The notes beneath the pieces were generated by a model, which had not been told where the DNA came from, ran no database searches, and worked only from the letters and a program-made list of their open reading frames with translations. Both the position numbers and the translations under genes were made by a program. Positions 1-9,040 of a stretch of DNA of 64,000 bases are shown piece after piece. Source of the stretch: an uncultured delta proteobacterium (GTDB lineage: Bacteria > Desulfobacterota > BSN033 > UBA1163); assembly GCA_963708295.1 (NCBI GenBank), contig CAVPSJ010000017.1, positions 288,001 to 352,000 of the forward strand, given 5' to 3'. Numbering within the stretch: the stretch's first letter is position 1; the number at the start of each line of letters is the position of its first letter.

Positions 1-51
1 TTCGTTTGGAATGTTGCATTCTGAAGGAAGATACCGAAAACAATTTGGCTT

Positions 52-250
52 TGGGGTCGAATCTTTATCCTCAATTTTGCCTATATTTCACGAAAGTATT
101 CTTCTGCCCCTAGGTTCTTCTCTTGAAAATGAAGGTATATCTGCACCGCCACCCGTCGGATTGGAATATATCTATTTTATGAAAATGGGTCAACCGAAAC
201 TTTCGGAAAGAATGAGTCAAAGAAGTGGGCCGGTTGTCCCAGCGACAACT
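52..250. repeat. ~200-bp intergenic element, copy R1 (full)
   Basis: TGGGGTCGAATCTTTATCC...TATATTTCACGAAAGT...CTGCCCC...CCGCCACCC...GATTGGAATATATCTATTTTATGAAAATGGGTCAACCGAAACTTTC...AAGAAGTGGGC; aligns by eye with copies R2-R13. Confidence 0.9.
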
Positions 251-322
251 CTTCACTTTAAGATAGCTTTATGAGATAATGATTATTATTTGATTCTACA
301 GCCCCTTTACGACTTGTAGGGG

Positions 323-1579
323 ATGCCTGTGGAAACTCCACTCATCGAATTTAGAGATGTTACCAAGCGTTTTGGCGACCGGACTGTCCTTGACCAGGTC
401 AATCTGAAGATTTACGAGAATCAGATCACCACGATCATGGGCAAAAGCGGTGCAGGCAAGAGTGTTCTCCTCAAACACTTTATCGGTTTGCTCTCCCCTG
501 ATGCGGGGACCATCTTTTTCCTAGGGGGACCCCTTGACAAGATGAAAAGGGGAGAATGGGATCGATACAGAAGTCAGATCAGTTACCTGTTTCAAAACAA
601 CGCACTTTTCGACTCCATGACAGTGTTCGACAATATCGCACTGCCGCTGAGGCAAACGACAAGCTTAAGCAGGAAGGAAATTGAGCAAAGGGTGATGGCC
701 AGGATAGAGCAAACCGAACTCATGGAAGCGGCAGATAAATATCCGTCAGAACTCTCGGGTGGCATGCAGAAGCGTGTGGCCCTGGCACGATCTCTCGTGA
801 CAGACCCAAAGATCGTGCTCTTTGATGAGCCGACAGCCGGACAGGACCCGATCCGGAAAAATGCGATCCTGAGCATGATCGCCCATTATAGGAAAAAGTT
901 CGGTTTTACTGCGGTCCTCGTCAGCCACGACATTCCCGATGTTTTTTTCATTTCTGACCGGATCATTCTTCTCTGGGAGGGAAGGATAGCCTTTCAGGGG
1001 TCCTATGAAGAAGTCGCCAGGTTGGATCATCCCATGGCAGAGGAGTTTCTCCGGAGCCTCGAAGGGCTTCAGGATGAATTAACGGGTCTTCTTTCGAAAC
1101 AGATGTTCAAGGCCAAGTATGCCATGACGTTAAATCAGACGCAGGCAAAACAAACCGTTACGGCTGCGCTGTTCAGCGTGGAAATAGATCTTGTTACCGA
1201 AACACTTGGACCCTTGGCAGCGGCTGAGGTTGTCAAGGCCTTAGGAAAATACATCAATACAAACTTAGGTGCCTTAGAAGGATTCTCGGTCAGAAATCAT
1301 ACAGGGCAAATTCTGGCGATACTCCCCTATACCGATCTCCAGGAGGCGGAACAACTGGTGGATAATTTGGGGAGTGGACTTCAGAAGGAGGCATTATCAA
1401 ACATTCAGGCCCTCACTCAAGCGAAGATCGGTGCCAGTGCCTGTTTTGAAATCAACATTTATGCCGGTATCTCGGAAGCCAAGCCCGATGACGATATTGA
1501 CAATATCAGTGAAAGGGCAAGAGCTACCCAAAAAATCATTGGAACCTTTCGATGTGATTCGAAAGGTGGACGAATATGA
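323..1579 (+). CDS. ABC transporter ATP-binding protein (MlaF/Mkl-like) with C-terminal degenerate GGDEF-like domain
   Basis: Walker A GKSGAGKS, LSGGM signature, LFDEP Walker B, SHD H-loop; ~170-aa C-terminal extension with GGDEF-like pattern (ILAILP..., IYAGIS) but no GG(D/E)EF. Confidence 0.85.
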   Translation: MPVETPLIEFRDVTKRFGDRTVLDQVNLKIYENQITTIMGKSGAGKSVLLKHFIGLLSPDAGTIFFLGGPLDKMKRGEWDRYRSQISYLFQNNALFDSMTVFDNIALPLRQTTSLSRKEIEQRVMARIEQTELMEAADKYPSELSGGMQKRVALARSLVTDPKIVLFDEPTAGQDPIRKNAILSMIAHYRKKFGFTAVLVSHDIPDVFFISDRIILLWEGRIAFQGSYEEVARLDHPMAEEFLRSLEGLQDELTGLLSKQMFKAKYAMTLNQTQAKQTVTAALFSVEIDLVTETLGPLAAAEVVKALGKYINTNLGALEGFSVRNHTGQILAILPYTDLQEAEQLVDNLGSGLQKEALSNIQALTQAKIGASACFEINIYAGISEAKPDDDIDNISERARATQKIIGTFRCDSKGGRI

Positions 1580-1662
1580 AAAAATACTCTATAGAAACAA
1601 TCGTCGGCGTCGTCGTTGTCTCAGAAGGTTTTCTCCCGGATTTACCACATATCTTGGAATAG
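1576..1662 (+). pseudogene. Truncated MlaD-like N-terminus
   Basis: ATGA overlap with the upstream stop; reads MKKYSIETIVGVVVV (typical MlaD start), then loses similarity and stops after 28 aa, ~50 bp before repeat R2. Confidence 0.65.
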
Positions 1663-1711
1663 TACCTGGGTTCAGACTTAAAAATTGAGATCTAGATCGA
1701 GTAACTGAGTC

Positions 1712-1875
1712 GGGGTTCCGAGATCAATCCTTATTCTTGACTTCCCATATATCACGAAAGTTTGCTTCTGCCCCCAGGCCTTTTTACCTGAAAACGAAGA
1801 AATATCTAGACCACCACCCTGCGGATGTTGATTGGAATATACAAATGTTATGAAAATAGGTCAACCGAAACTTTG
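1712..1875. repeat. Intergenic element copy R2 (degenerate left end, short right tail)
   Basis: CTTATTCTTGACTTCCCATATATCACGAAAGTTTGCTTCTGCCCCCAGG...GAAAACGAAGAAATATCT...GATTGGAATATACAAATGTTATGAAAATAGGTCAACCGAAACTTT. Confidence 0.85.
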
Positions 1876-1929
1876 CGGGGTATCCCGGCATTTAATAAAT
1901 CTTCATTAATTATCTTTAAATCTACAATA

Positions 1930-3870
1930 CTAATAATTTCTATAAATAACCTTACCATCCTCATCGATATATTTATAAATTTTATCCTTTTTTTCAGAAC
2001 TATCTTTTGTGACGTATCCAATATAGAAATTAGAACCTTTGTAGACACCCTGAAACTTCGTTATATTACAACCGGTTTTTTGCTTTACAACCTCAGCTAA
2101 AGAACTTGGCATGTTGCCACGTATTGAATGTCTTGAGCTTGATACATTGGGGTCTTTGTAAGCATATGCTTCACCTATGTAACTTACTTTAGTGTTCTGT
2201 ATTCCTTCAACCCGGCTATCGTTCGATCCGGAAAAATAGATCTCTGAAAGACGCGCGTCGGGTAAAATATGTAAGCGCCATATTACTGGTTGATGAGAAC
2301 TTAAAACTAATTTCACAGGCAGATCTGTGTGACTAATAGTGACATCGGCATAGCCAGCAATTTTCTCCCCAAAACCTCTGCTGCGATTGTCTGGCAAACT
2401 TCCTTCATAAACACCAATTGCCTCTGTCTGGAAGTTTTGACAATTTATCTGCGGTGGTACAATAACTTTATCACTCTCCTTTTCAGGGGCTCCGATAGGC
2501 ATATCTTGAGAGATTACCTCTCCTATGATATCGCTAAACTTACCGAAACTAGTCTTTGAAGGCACATTTAATATCTTTAATTCATAGGGTGTGGCAAGAA
2601 GTAGTTGCCCGTTTGCTAAGACGGCCATTTTACTACTTGTGCCTGTGTACTCAGCCATTTTTTGGGCAGTTCCCCTACCCATGTCAACATAAAATGCTTC
2701 CCTTGAATGCGAGACCGATGTTTCCATGAGCAATAGATCTGTATTCTTAATCTGCGTCAGCGTAGCATACTCAAGCTTGCGAAACTTCAGTTGACGCATC
2801 TTTTTCAAGTCCGGCAAACTTCTTTGCACTATTAAACCGTGCGGCAAAGTGCCGTAAAATGACTTATTATCATTGGCAAATGCTATCGCACGCGGCTGAT
2901 AATCATAATTTGTCACTGGTTCTGCCGCACGCATGACTAAAGAAAGCTTTTCATCCATTGTTTTGATCAGTTCCCAGCTCTCTATATGACGATGTCGAAC
3001 TGCAATCAAGTACTTGTCATCAGGACTCATTACTATTAAGGAAGTTTTCTCTTTGCCTTCCACATTCCAAGCAACTTCTCCCTTTATTACGTCATAAATG
3101 CCAATGCTCTCTTTGCCGGAATATATAAAATATTGTCCCAGAGACATAGGCAATTGTTGGTATTGAGGAAGAGTTTTATGTCTGAGCAATTCGCCGGTCC
3201 TAACATCCCACATCGCGAGTTCCGTCTTGGGCGTGTAAACACACCAGATTAATATTCTACCGTTTGGAGTCAAAAAGAAACGATCGCCGAAACCCTTGTT
3301 TTTAATATACTTGGTGTTTATTCGATTAATGGCTTGCCCATTTACAAGGTCAAATATCTCTGTCGTATCATTTTGGAATGTGACAGCGGCCACCGGGGCG
3401 TCCGCGGATACAACAACTGAGCGAGGTGTACTCGGCCTAAGCTTTAGTTCCCCTGAAAAGCTTATGTTAATTGTGTTATTTGGAAGCGTGGCTTTCGAGG
3501 GGATGTCATACAAAAGACTGATTCTTTGGTCATTATATATTTCGATCCGCTGGGCATCGAAAGCTTCATAACATCCTATAAGGGTCTTATTGTCCTTAAT
3601 TAATCCAGCACAGTGACTTTTTCTCAATCTAAGCCAATCTTTGTGTGCAATTCTTAAAGCTTTTACTCTCTCGGGATTTGTTTCTAACGCGAGCAACGAT
3701 GAAAATACGGATTCTACTTTGGTTGCAGCAATGATCTGTTTTTCGCTGTCAGGGGTTTTGGTTTCACTGTCGAGCTGCATCAAATCCTGCGCGTAAGCAT
3801 TCAAGCAAATGGAAAATAGCACTGCAGCCAGCAAAACTCCTAGAGAATTCGACCGGTATCTTTTTGTCAT
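1930..3870 (-). CDS. Secreted protein: LprI/DUF1311-like N-terminus, WD40-like beta-propeller, C-terminal domain (paralog 1)
   Basis: Start moved from 4200 to ATG 3870 (MTKRYRSN..., signal peptide ending AYA-Q); WLRLRKSHC...C motif; WD-like repeats (MWDVRTGE, IYDVIKGE); terminal IYKYIDEDGKVIY resembles DUF4124. Confidence 0.75.
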   Translation of the reverse strand: MTKRYRSNSLGVLLAAVLFSICLNAYAQDLMQLDSETKTPDSEKQIIAATKVESVFSSLLALETNPERVKALRIAHKDWLRLRKSHCAGLIKDNKTLIGCYEAFDAQRIEIYNDQRISLLYDIPSKATLPNNTINISFSGELKLRPSTPRSVVVSADAPVAAVTFQNDTTEIFDLVNGQAINRINTKYIKNKGFGDRFFLTPNGRILIWCVYTPKTELAMWDVRTGELLRHKTLPQYQQLPMSLGQYFIYSGKESIGIYDVIKGEVAWNVEGKEKTSLIVMSPDDKYLIAVRHRHIESWELIKTMDEKLSLVMRAAEPVTNYDYQPRAIAFANDNKSFYGTLPHGLIVQRSLPDLKKMRQLKFRKLEYATLTQIKNTDLLLMETSVSHSREAFYVDMGRGTAQKMAEYTGTSSKMAVLANGQLLLATPYELKILNVPSKTSFGKFSDIIGEVISQDMPIGAPEKESDKVIVPPQINCQNFQTEAIGVYEGSLPDNRSRGFGEKIAGYADVTISHTDLPVKLVLSSHQPVIWRLHILPDARLSEIYFSGSNDSRVEGIQNTKVSYIGEAYAYKDPNVSSSRHSIRGNMPSSLAEVVKQKTGCNITKFQGVYKGSNFYIGYVTKDSSEKKDKIYKYIDEDGKVIYRNY

Positions 3871-4108
3871 CTTTTTGTGTTCGCCGCTGTTCTCCATGCC
3901 GCCCTCCGGGTTTCCAAAATCTTCCGCCATCTGCCACGATAAGAACGTTTCGTCATAGCAATAAACGTCCTTAGGTTTCTCGTCCTCCACTGCAATGGAC
4001 TCCTGTCTAGGGGGGACGTCGAAATGAACCTCCCAATGCTCCGTTTTCGACCGTAAAAGGGAAAAAACTTGATCTGAAACTTCCCCTCTCAACCTCGGAA
4101 GGTCATTC

Positions 4109-6070
4109 CTAATAATTTCTGTAAGTGACATTACCGTTCTCATCGATCTGTCTATAGATTTTGTCCTTTGTTCCAGAAATATCTTTTGTGATGTATCCAA
4201 TATAGAAGTTAGAACCTCGATACACGCCCTGAAACTTCGTTATATTACATCCGATTTTTTGCTTCACAACATCAGCTAAACTTGGGATGTAAGGATATCT
4301 TGACCTTGATACATTGGAATCTTCGTAAGCAAACGCGTCGCCTATATGGATTATTGTTATGCTTTGTGCTCCTCCGACTCTGCTGTCCTTTGAACCAGAA
4401 AGATAGATTTCCGAGAGACGTGCGTCTGATGAAATATGTAAGCGCCATATTACTGGTTCATGAGAACTCAAAACTAATTTCACAGGCAGATCTGTATGAC
4501 TAATATGGATGTCCACATTGCCGGCAATTTTCTCCGCCCCACCCCTGCTGCGATTGTCTGCTAAGCTTCCTTCATAGACACCGATTGCCTCTATTTGGAA
4601 ATTCTGACAATTTATCTGCGCTGGTGCAATACCTTTATCCCTATCCTTGTCAGGGGCTTTGATAGGCATATCTTGAGAGATTACCTCTCCTATAATATTG
4701 CTAAACCTATCTAAGCCCGTCTTAGAGGGCACTTTTAATGTCTTTAATTCATGGGGTGTGGCAAGAAGCACCTGGCCGTTTGCTAAAGGCGCTGTTCTAC
4801 TATTTGCGCCTGTGTGCTCAGCTATCTTTTTAGCGGTTTGTGCAACCATATCAACATAAAATGCTTCCATGTTTTGATCCGAGAACCATGCTTCCATAAG
4901 TAATAGATCTGTATGTTTAATCTGTGTCAGGATAGCATGCGAGAGGTTTGGAAACTTCAGTTGACGAATCCCCTTCAAGTCCGGCAATCTTCTTTGTACT
5001 ATCAAACCTCGCGGCAAAGTAGCGTAAAATGATTTATTATCATTAGCGAAAGCTATCGCAAGCGGCTTAAGATTAGAACCCTCCACCTGTTCTGTTGCAC
5101 GCAGAACGAAAGAGGGGGCTTCATCCATTGCTTTCACGAGTTCCCAGCTCTCTATGGAATGATCTCGAACTGCAATCAAGTACTTGTCGTCAGAGCTCAT
5201 TGCCATCAAAGAAATCCACTCCCTACCTTCTGCCACGTTCCAGGTAGCTTCTCCTTTTATTACATCATAAATGCCAATTCTGTATCTGTCGGGGAAAGAA
5301 TCGGAATAGACAAAATATCGTCCTTGAGAGGTAAGTAAGTGGTTATGTTGCGTAAGTGTTTTGTGTCTAAGCAATTCACCGGTCCTAACATCCCACATCA
5401 TCAGCTTTGCCCTTGGCACATAAAAAGAGCCAATCAATATTCTGCCGTTTGGATCCAAGAAGAAATGAACACCAGGCCTGCTGATTTTGGCATCGAAGGT
5501 TTCTATTCGATTAATAAGCCGCCTGCTAGCAAGGTCAAATATCTCTGTCATATTATTATTGAATTCGACGGCGGCTATTGGAGCATCTGCTGATACGACA
5601 ACTGAGCGAGGCACGGCCCGATTCGTGTTGTATTCTTGTGAATAGGTTAGGTCCGTTGTGTTGTCTGGAAGCGTGCCTTGCGAGGGGATGTCATACAAGA
5701 GGCCTATTCTCTGGTTATTTAAGGCTTCAATCCGCTGGATATCGAAAGCTTCATAACATTCTGAGAGCTTCTTGTCGTCTTTCTTAACGTCCTCATCCAT
5801 TAATTCAGAACAGTGGCTTTTTCTCAATCTGAGCCAATCTTTATGCTCGAGTGTTAAAGCTTTTACTCTCGCTGGATTTTTTTCCAAGGCGAGCAATGAT
5901 GAAAATGCGGATTCTACTTTGTTTGCCGCAATGATTCGTTTGTCGCCGTCAGGGGTTGATTTTGTTATGTCGGTGATATCTTGATTACATCCGTTTAAAG
6001 TGAAAAATAGGAAGAGGAAAGCACTAAGGGGAATAATAAAAATAATCGTTACAGTTTGTCGTTCTGCCAC
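4109..6070 (-). CDS. Lipoprotein paralog 2 of the LprI-like/beta-propeller protein
   Basis: Colinear with 1930-3870 over its whole length; lipobox LNGC; start likely GTG 6070 (purine-rich RBS; the ORF-track start at 6121 lies inside the sigma54 promoter). Confidence 0.75.
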   Translation of the reverse strand: MAERQTVTIIFIIPLSAFLFLFFTLNGCNQDITDITKSTPDGDKRIIAANKVESAFSSLLALEKNPARVKALTLEHKDWLRLRKSHCSELMDEDVKKDDKKLSECYEAFDIQRIEALNNQRIGLLYDIPSQGTLPDNTTDLTYSQEYNTNRAVPRSVVVSADAPIAAVEFNNNMTEIFDLASRRLINRIETFDAKISRPGVHFFLDPNGRILIGSFYVPRAKLMMWDVRTGELLRHKTLTQHNHLLTSQGRYFVYSDSFPDRYRIGIYDVIKGEATWNVAEGREWISLMAMSSDDKYLIAVRDHSIESWELVKAMDEAPSFVLRATEQVEGSNLKPLAIAFANDNKSFYATLPRGLIVQRRLPDLKGIRQLKFPNLSHAILTQIKHTDLLLMEAWFSDQNMEAFYVDMVAQTAKKIAEHTGANSRTAPLANGQVLLATPHELKTLKVPSKTGLDRFSNIIGEVISQDMPIKAPDKDRDKGIAPAQINCQNFQIEAIGVYEGSLADNRSRGGAEKIAGNVDIHISHTDLPVKLVLSSHEPVIWRLHISSDARLSEIYLSGSKDSRVGGAQSITIIHIGDAFAYEDSNVSRSRYPYIPSLADVVKQKIGCNITKFQGVYRGSNFYIGYITKDISGTKDKIYRQIDENGNVTYRNY

Positions 6071-6113
6071 TTTCTTCCTCTTCAGATAGCTTTCATTTCT
6101 GGTGCCTTTGTAA

Positions 6114-6129
6114 AGCAACAATTATGCCA
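6114..6129 (-). promoter_or_regulatory. Sigma54 (-24/-12) promoter
   Basis: Minus strand TGGCATAATTGTTGCT matches TGGCAC-N5-TTGC; lies within a ~155-bp module duplicated at 30561-30716. Confidence 0.75.
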
Positions 6130-6369
6130 GCTTAATAATGTTTGTAACATATTGCAATTAAATTGCATTTTGAGCGATTGCCAAACAAATTCCCTCAAAA
6201 TGGCTAATTCCTATATGTCTCGTGACAATCTTGAACCTATTATTCCCGGGCCACTGATCCGCTTCAGGGGCTTCTGATCCACCTTCTCATAGTTGCCTCT
6301 GTGCGCAGGAACCCAGACTTTCCGTTCAAGAAGGGAGAGAAATATAGAATCATGGAATTTGCCGGAATT

Positions 6370-6432
6370 TGGGGTCAACCGAAACTTTCAGAAAGAGGGA
6401 CTGAAAGAAGTGGTTGCTTTGTTACACTTACA
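6370..6432. repeat. Intergenic element copy R3 (collapsed or right arm only)
   Basis: TGGGGTCAACCGAAACTTTCAGAAAG...AAGAAGTGGTTG...TTGTTACAC. Confidence 0.75.
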
Positions 6433-6496
6433 CTGTTCGTTGAGAGATATCATGGAAAACAATGATGACGGGTCGAAATGTGCATGAGTATAACCG

Positions 6497-6543
6497 AAAA
6501 AACCAAGAGGAGTGGGCTATGGTCAACAACCCACTCCTCCTTG
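6497..6543 (-). terminator. Probable intrinsic terminator of the MBL hydrolase gene
   Basis: GAGGAGTGGG...CCCACTCCTC stem with nearby A-tract (U-tract on minus), just downstream of the stop at 6568. Confidence 0.55.
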
Positions 6544-6567
6544 CTTACCGGACACGATCACTTTCGT

Positions 6568-7611
6568 TTAGGCCGAGATGATATATCTCGTACCAACCGT
6601 ATTCAATATAAACTGATCGGGCATCTCTCGCGCGAAAGCCCCGACGGCCTCATACCCTGTACAGTGGATAGGGACTATATAGTCTGGTTGTATGGCCTTG
6701 ATATCCGCAATGGTTTTCTGAATGAGTTCAGGTTTGGCCCCTGTTAAGTGGAACCCTCCAACGACTAGGTGAACCTTCTCGGTGCCGGTCATCCTTTGAG
6801 CCTGCTTCACCGTATTCACAATCCCTCGATGGGCGCACGCGGAGAGCACGACCAATCCCTTCCCTTTGGCATTGAACACGATCGCCTGCTCTCCGATAAA
6901 ATCCTCCTGAACATACTCATCTCCTCTCTTCTTCACGAACATAGGCGGTATCTTTTCATAATCCGTGACTTGCTCAACCCTGCCTGCCAGGTAGGCCCCC
7001 TGAACGATGGGCGTGGGTGCCTTTACCTCTGTAATCTTGACGAGGCCCAACCCCTCAACGTCCTCCCTTTTCAACGCGAAGATGCTTCTAATCTTACCAT
7101 CGGGCATTCTCATATAGGTTCCTACAAAGAACTGCTCTCCCACGTAAAAGGGGATACCCCGGGGAATCTCTTCCCGCTTTGCCTTAAGAAGTTCTACCAG
7201 GGCTGCCTGGTGGTCACGGTGGTCATGGCTCAAGGCTATGGCCTCGATATTCTTTAGGTCTAGCTGCAGTAACTCTATATTATTTTTCATCCCCTGAGCA
7301 TCACTCGCAAAATCGAAGAGAAAGGAATGAACCCGGCCCTCCACAGTGGTCTCCACATGATATGCCAGGCCGTGCTCGCCATGCAGTCCGCGATTGGTCG
7401 TGGCTGCATATCTCTTCGCTATCTTATAATCCGGTCTGAGTGCGTCGGCGTAGTTGTCCGTGATGACGGTGATGACTATCTTCTCCGCTTCGGGTATCTT
7501 GACTGTTCCTTGCGCAAAGGCACGGTTCCGAAAGATATCGCCTGTCAAAAGGACAGTGCTGGTAACTGCTGTAGTCTTCAAAAAATCCCTTCGATTCATT
7601 TCTTTTAACAT
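6568..7611 (-). CDS. Tat-exported MBL-fold metallo-hydrolase (7,8-dihydropterin methyltransferase-like family)
   Basis: NRRDFLK Tat motif; GEHGLAY, LSHDHRDH, SACAHRG, GGFHL, PIHCTG; start at ATG 7611 after GAAAGGGGG. Confidence 0.85.
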   Translation of the reverse strand: MLKEMNRRDFLKTTAVTSTVLLTGDIFRNRAFAQGTVKIPEAEKIVITVITDNYADALRPDYKIAKRYAATTNRGLHGEHGLAYHVETTVEGRVHSFLFDFASDAQGMKNNIELLQLDLKNIEAIALSHDHRDHQAALVELLKAKREEIPRGIPFYVGEQFFVGTYMRMPDGKIRSIFALKREDVEGLGLVKITEVKAPTPIVQGAYLAGRVEQVTDYEKIPPMFVKKRGDEYVQEDFIGEQAIVFNAKGKGLVVLSACAHRGIVNTVKQAQRMTGTEKVHLVVGGFHLTGAKPELIQKTIADIKAIQPDYIVPIHCTGYEAVGAFAREMPDQFILNTVGTRYIISA

Positions 7612-7887
7612 ATATATACACCCCCTTTCTTGGGCATCTAAGAGCATTAATGGATTCTCGCGAAATAAGAGATCCCCAGAGAGTCAAAAGCCTCCAAAGG
7701 GATAGTCAATTCCCTTGGAGGCTTTTGACTCGGAACCTCTGGAAGTCCCTTTTCATAGCCCTCTCCAAAAGGTTGAGGTTAGGTTGTGAGGTTGGCTTTC
7801 AAAAACGATGTGATTTAATAAGAGGGTACTGATTCTAATTGAAAAAGTCAACAAGAATTATTCAAGAATTATTGGTTAGAATTTGCG

Positions 7888-8817
7888 TTACGGGGTCACT
7901 TTTGGCCGATGGAAACTGAGATATGCGCGCCTTGCGGTCCAACTGTAACTTCCCTTAAGGGGTCCCCCTTGAACTTCGACATTGCCTTGAATGGTATCAC
8001 TACGGATGCGTCCATTGAGGCGCATTACGGCGTTCTGTTTATCAGTTCTATCTCTAAAAGTAAAACTCAATTGATCTCCCATTAAGCGGGCATTACCCAT
8101 GGGGATTTCTTGACCCTTGATCATCACATTACCACTGACTTCCTGGAATTGCTGATCAAGACGTAGGACGTAGTCACGCATGCCCGTTGACGTGGTCAGG
8201 GTCCAGCACCACGTGCCGGCGGCATCTGCAGGGATGACCCAATAATAATAATTGGTATCTTTTGTCGTAGGATTGGGTTTGTAATAAAGCTTGACGTTAT
8301 GAACCGTCCCCATGTTGTCTGGTTTCCAGTCATCCATGTCAAATTCATGAGACACGATGCGGGTGCCGGGCCTGAGTTCGCGAAATAGCTTGGGCCGGAG
8401 TCGCAAATTCAATTCAGGATAGAGGTAAAGGGTGACGACAGTCGCTTTGCTTATGTCGGTCTTGAAGAGATCCTGCTCAATGAACTTCAGACGGTCAGTC
8501 ACTCCAGCTTTCCGGGCATTCTCGTTGCTTTCCTTAATACGAACTGGATCGATGTCCACGCCGACACCACGAGCGCCGAAAACTTTCGCTGCCGTGATGA
8601 CGATACGACCGTCTCCACACCCAAGATCATAGACAATATCGTTCGGGGTCACTTTCGCCATTTTGAGCATCTCTATGACAACCTCTTCGGGGGTTGGTAC
8701 GTAATTCACATCAGGTTGGCGTTCCTGGCTGTACCCTGTGACGCAGGATATCCAAACGCTTACTATGAGAATGATGGACAAGGAAACGCGTTCAAACCAG
8801 ACCATTTTCTCCTCCAT
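7888..8817 (-). CDS. Class I SAM-dependent methyltransferase with signal peptide and C-terminal beta domain
   Basis: YVPTP, YDLGCGDGRI, GVDID, RPGTRIVSH motifs. Confidence 0.9.
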   Translation of the reverse strand: MEEKMVWFERVSLSIILIVSVWISCVTGYSQERQPDVNYVPTPEEVVIEMLKMAKVTPNDIVYDLGCGDGRIVITAAKVFGARGVGVDIDPVRIKESNENARKAGVTDRLKFIEQDLFKTDISKATVVTLYLYPELNLRLRPKLFRELRPGTRIVSHEFDMDDWKPDNMGTVHNVKLYYKPNPTTKDTNYYYWVIPADAAGTWCWTLTTSTGMRDYVLRLDQQFQEVSGNVMIKGQEIPMGNARLMGDQLSFTFRDRTDKQNAVMRLNGRIRSDTIQGNVEVQGGPLKGSYSWTARRAYLSFHRPKVTP

Positions 8818-8830
8818 TTGCTGGACATTC

Positions 8831-9020
8831 GAGGCCGAATCTATTCTTTACTTTGTCTGTATTCCACGAAAGCCTTATTCTGACCCCCGTTTATTTCCGG
8901 GAAATGAAGAAATGTCTGCGCCGCCCCCCTGCGAATTTCTGATTGGAATATATAAATGTTATGAAAATTGGTCAACCGAAACTTTCAGAGAGAAAGAGTC
9001 AAAGAGGTGCCCCCCTTGTT
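8831..9020. repeat. Intergenic element copy R4 (full)
   Basis: GAGGCCGAATCTATTCTTTACTTTG...TTCTGACCCC...GATTGGAATATATAAATGTTATGAAAATTGGTCAACCGAAACTTTCAG. Confidence 0.9.
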
Positions 9021-9040
9021 AGGTGTATGTCGCCGATGGG

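Noticed and set aside
11-274. Short ORFs sharing peptides such as YIYFMKMGQPKLSER / GIYKCYENWSTETF (also at 1825, 8738, 9890, 24411, 27435)
   Set aside because: They are translations of the non-coding repeat in different frames; indels between copies break any frame.
275-293. Fur-box-like GATAATGATTATTATTTGA
   Set aside because: Partial match in AT-rich DNA with a poor right half, and the downstream gene is not iron related.
3871-4200. N-terminal 110-aa extension of ORF 1930..4200
   Set aside because: It overlaps the upstream paralog; the signal peptide and paralog alignment place the start at 3870.
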